Below, piece by piece: positions 61,355 to 64,000 of a DNA stretch of 64,000 nt (position 1 is its first letter; every line of letters begins with the position of its first letter). Source of the stretch: a virus; IMG/VR virus record IMGVR_UViG_3300035204_001773, positions 45,212-109,211 of that record. The stretch is one strand, 5' to 3'. The position numbers were made by a program, and so were the translations under genes. Under the pieces are notes generated by a model. The model was not told the origin of the DNA and ran no database searches. It was given only the letters and a program-made list of their open reading frames with translations.

Positions 61355-63196
61355 TTGATCCAAATAATTAAAGTATCTTTTGTAATCTGGATCAGATTCT
61401 ATTTTTTCTTTAGTTTTTAGCGATATTTCCCCATTTTTGTAGTGGAAATCAAACCCTTTATTTGCGCTAACATTTTCCTTCTTTTGGCTTAGATACGGAT
61501 GATCATAATATTTCTCTAAAAAATCTGCAAAATTTTTATCATTGAACTCTGCCACATAATCGAGTTCGTCTATGTAATCTGGGAGTTTCCAGAATATATG
61601 TTGATTACTATCAATAACCATCCTTTCAAAAAACTCGTCTAGAGTAAGGTTGTAAACATCTACGGGCTCAAAAGAATTCGATGGAAGATGCCCGGCAAGA
61701 GCTCCCTCTGGCCCAATGGGCGTACTACCGTTTTCTTTAGCTAGTAATTTTTTACCGAAAAAATATAGCGAACATATAAGATCTTTGGGATTACGCAAAA
61801 ACATAAACGTAAACCAATTATTATCTTTAAATATTTGTATACTGCTTTTGTCCCAGCTATTGTGATGATTATGCGCGAATTGGTATTCACGAATGGGTAC
61901 TATATCTGTATGAAACTCTCCTTTAGCTATTTGATTTAATTCTGTTTTAGTCCAATCTCTCCTTAAATCTTTTCCATATATGCCTTGCCAAACAGGGTTA
62001 TTTTCTTCCCAAGTATTATAGTAAAAGGCGTCAGTCAAAACGTTGCGTCTTATGTATTTATTAACGTAAACTCCTGCGCATTTTCCAAAATGAACAAATG
62101 CAGTCTTCTTGATTCTTTTAGTTTTAGAGATGATATAATTATATAACTCATTATGTCCTTTGCTTTTTAGATGCTCCCCAACGAATCTCCGCATCTCTGA
62201 ATTTTTTTTAGCTACGACCTTATTATCTCCGAAATCTATACAGTTCAACATGTGAACATGAAAAGATTTTATTCTTTCAGGACCCCCCTTGTTTATTTTT
62301 AATTTTAACGGAGAGTCTGCAGACTCGGACAAATCTCTCCAGAACCCAACATTATGCCCTTCATGAAAAAAATCAATGTTATAAGCTTCTGCTATATAAT
62401 TCATTCCCTCTTGCTCATAGAAAGTGGAATCGTTTAGATACAAATTTTTCCAAAAATCTGGAAATGTTTTGTCAGCGCAATATATATATCCAGCATTAAA
62501 TACCCCACAAAAGGAAGTCATATGGGATCTATCAGGTATGTGGTAATGAGGAGAAAGAACTATATCTTCGGAAAAATCTTCCTGCAAAGAATCTACCACG
62601 ATTATATCTGCGTCCAGAAACAAAGTGTTCCCGTATTTATTAATGGCGACCTCTAGACACTCCATCTTTTTATATATACAATCTATCCTATGAAATGTTT
62701 TTATATCATCGAAACGGGAGCCAACTTCGGACCTAGCCTTCTCAAGATCGAGTGAGTTTGCTGAACTAACATAATCTATATTTTCAAACTTTTCTGCTTC
62801 TATATAGTTTCTTGTAATTTCGTCACATAAAATCATCACTGGTTCGTCATGAAACAGTCTTAAGCTTTTTATTAAAACCGCTGCTTCTTCCTTTATCTCT
62901 TGAGTGGCTACTAAAGAAAAACTGAGAATTGCTCTTTCCCCTGTGTTGTAATGATTTTTTGGCTGCCCAGTTCTTGGTTTGTATTTTTCTAATATCTTAT
63001 TTATTAGAATTTCTGGATAAGTTCTTTTCTTGTCTTTTTTCTTTTTCTCAGCTAATTCATCAACTTGTTTTTGAGAATAATCTTGAACAATTTGCTCTAA
63101 AAATGGTGTGTTAATCACCTCGTAAGTGTCAGGTCCCGTTTTTTTTAATCCGAGAGTGTGACCTTGAAAATGTAGTAACTTTTGCTTATCATCCAT
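61349..63196 (-). CDS. GT-A (DxD) glycosyltransferase fused to a sulfotransferase-like domain
   Basis: [24 protein letters not shown] and FYEQ (GT-A); FVHFGKCAG and [17 protein letters not shown] (PAPS-binding-like motifs). ATG 63196 overlaps the upstream stop and is preferred over 63244. Confidence 0.75.
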   Translation of the reverse strand: MDDKQKLLHFQGHTLGLKKTGPDTYEVINTPFLEQIVQDYSQKQVDELAEKKKKDKKRTYPEILINKILEKYKPRTGQPKNHYNTGERAILSFSLVATQEIKEEAAVLIKSLRLFHDEPVMILCDEITRNYIEAEKFENIDYVSSANSLDLEKARSEVGSRFDDIKTFHRIDCIYKKMECLEVAINKYGNTLFLDADIIVVDSLQEDFSEDIVLSPHYHIPDRSHMTSFCGVFNAGYIYCADKTFPDFWKNLYLNDSTFYEQEGMNYIAEAYNIDFFHEGHNVGFWRDLSESADSPLKLKINKGGPERIKSFHVHMLNCIDFGDNKVVAKKNSEMRRFVGEHLKSKGHNELYNYIISKTKRIKKTAFVHFGKCAGVYVNKYIRRNVLTDAFYYNTWEENNPVWQGIYGKDLRRDWTKTELNQIAKGEFHTDIVPIREYQFAHNHHNSWDKSSIQIFKDNNWFTFMFLRNPKDLICSLYFFGKKLLAKENGSTPIGPEGALAGHLPSNSFEPVDVYNLTLDEFFERMVIDSNQHIFWKLPDYIDELDYVAEFNDKNFADFLEKYYDHPYLSQKKENVSANKGFDFHYKNGEISLKTKEKIESDPDYKRYFNYLDQV

Positions 63197-63998
63197 TTTT
63201 CCAACTATCCCAGAATTTAATATTTTTACTTGCCTCTTCTTCACTGTATTTTCTAAATCTCTGGTCTAGTCTACCGCTTCTTATTGCGCTTATTTTGATT
63301 GTCACAAATTCAGGAACTGCACCTTCGAAGCTAATATAAATTTGGCTATCTTCAGCATATGCTCCAACGATAACCGGACTACTTGGCACGCAACTTATGA
63401 CTTCTATAGTTTCTTCTTCCACAACATGTTTAAACGTGTCAGATATTTCAACTATAGCTTTTCTAAGGGCCATGGGATATACTTTAATTACATCTTCAAA
63501 TCTCGCTTCTGGCATTTCCGTACATACTAAACCCACGTAAACGCCCTCATCCTGACTAGGTACTATAGCGTATTTATCTCCAGAGGGACCAGCGGGACCA
63601 GCTGCACCAGTGGGACCAGCTGCGCCAGCGGGACCAGCAGGACCAGCAGGACCAGCGGGACCGGGAGGACCTGCAGTTCCACCGGAACCAGCAGCACCAT
63701 CTGCACCAGTAGGACCAGCGGGACCAGCGGGACCAGCTGCACCAGCAGGACCAGCGGGACCAGCGGGACCAGCTGCACCAGCAGGACCAGCGGGACCAGC
63801 TGCACCAGCAGGGCCAGTCGCACCAGCAGCACCAGCAGCACCAGTCGCACCAGCAGCACCATCGTCACCATCCGAACCATTCGAACCAGCAGGGCCAGTC
63901 GCGCCAGCAGGACCAGCGGGACCAGCTGCACCAGCAGGACCAGCGGGACCAGCGGGACCAGCTGCACCAGCAGGACCAGCGGGACCAGCGGGACCAGC
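63189..63998 (-). CDS. collagen-like (Gly-X-Y) virion fibre protein with C-terminal globular domain, 5'-truncated
   Basis: (GPA/GAA)n reads in frame into [34 protein letters not shown]...WDSWKNG*. The listed 63189-63536 ORF is only its C-terminus. Confidence 0.85.
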   Translation of the reverse strand, partial: AGPAGPAGPAGAAGPAGPAGPAGAAGPAGPAGATGPAGSNGSDGDDGAAGATGAAGAAGATGPAGAAGPAGPAGAAGPAGPAGPAGAAGPAGPAGPTGADGAAGSGGTAGPPGPAGPAGPAGPAGAAGPTGAAGPAGPSGDKYAIVPSQDEGVYVGLVCTEMPEARFEDVIKVYPMALRKAIVEISDTFKHVVEEETIEVISCVPSSPVIVGAYAEDSQIYISFEGAVPEFVTIKISAIRSGRLDQRFRKYSEEEASKNIKFWDSWKNG

Positions 63999-64000
63999 TG
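63586..64000 (-). repeat. 9-bp-periodic collagen repeat
   Basis: Repeated GGACCAGCG / GCACCAGCA-type units. Confidence 0.95.

Noticed and set aside
63563-63967. 134-aa Leu/Val/Pro ORF on the - strand
   Set aside because: Alternative-frame reading of the collagen repeat; the Gly-X-Y frame runs into a real C-terminal domain.
1-64000. Stop-codon reassignment as seen in some jumbo phages
   Set aside because: TAA, TAG and TGA all end tightly packed genes, and coding density is near complete in the standard code.
1-64000. tRNA, rRNA or other structured RNA genes
   Set aside because: Intergenic gaps are very short; the longest (about 51943-52077) is AT-rich with no cloverleaf or evident structure.

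Overview
A 64-kb segment of a large (probably jumbo) tailed dsDNA phage in the standard genetic code, with two convergent blocks. The + strand block (1-8088) holds the C-terminal part of DNA polymerase III alpha (DnaE), two NDP-sugar SDR enzymes, two glycosyltransferases that appear to share a split GT9 domain, a probable Whirly/PC4-like SSB and a Rad52-like annealing protein. The last two each sit behind a near-consensus sigma70 promoter. The - strand block (64000 to 8095) is a virion morphogenesis module: collagen-like protein, glycosyltransferase-sulfotransferase fusion, three neck proteins, two tail-completion paralogs (one extended with Calx-beta/Ig domains), tail tube protein, putative chaperones, an 8077-aa tape measure protein (TMP) and eight tail-tip genes. 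No sheath gene is present. A GTGTA(A/T)+AT-rich motif precedes four structural genes and may be a late promoter. The standout is the TMP. It has 17 exact copies of G-x-[IV]-P-N-F plus variants, and these bracket cassettes that carry recognisable enzyme motifs: two P-loop PNK-like kinases, a HAD phosphatase, an R-S-ExE ADP-ribosyltransferase and two PD-(D/E)xK-like domains. A zincin HExxH domain lies further downstream. I infer a motif-delimited effector polyprotein delivered through the tail. All domain calls come from reading motifs by eye; no database searches were run.
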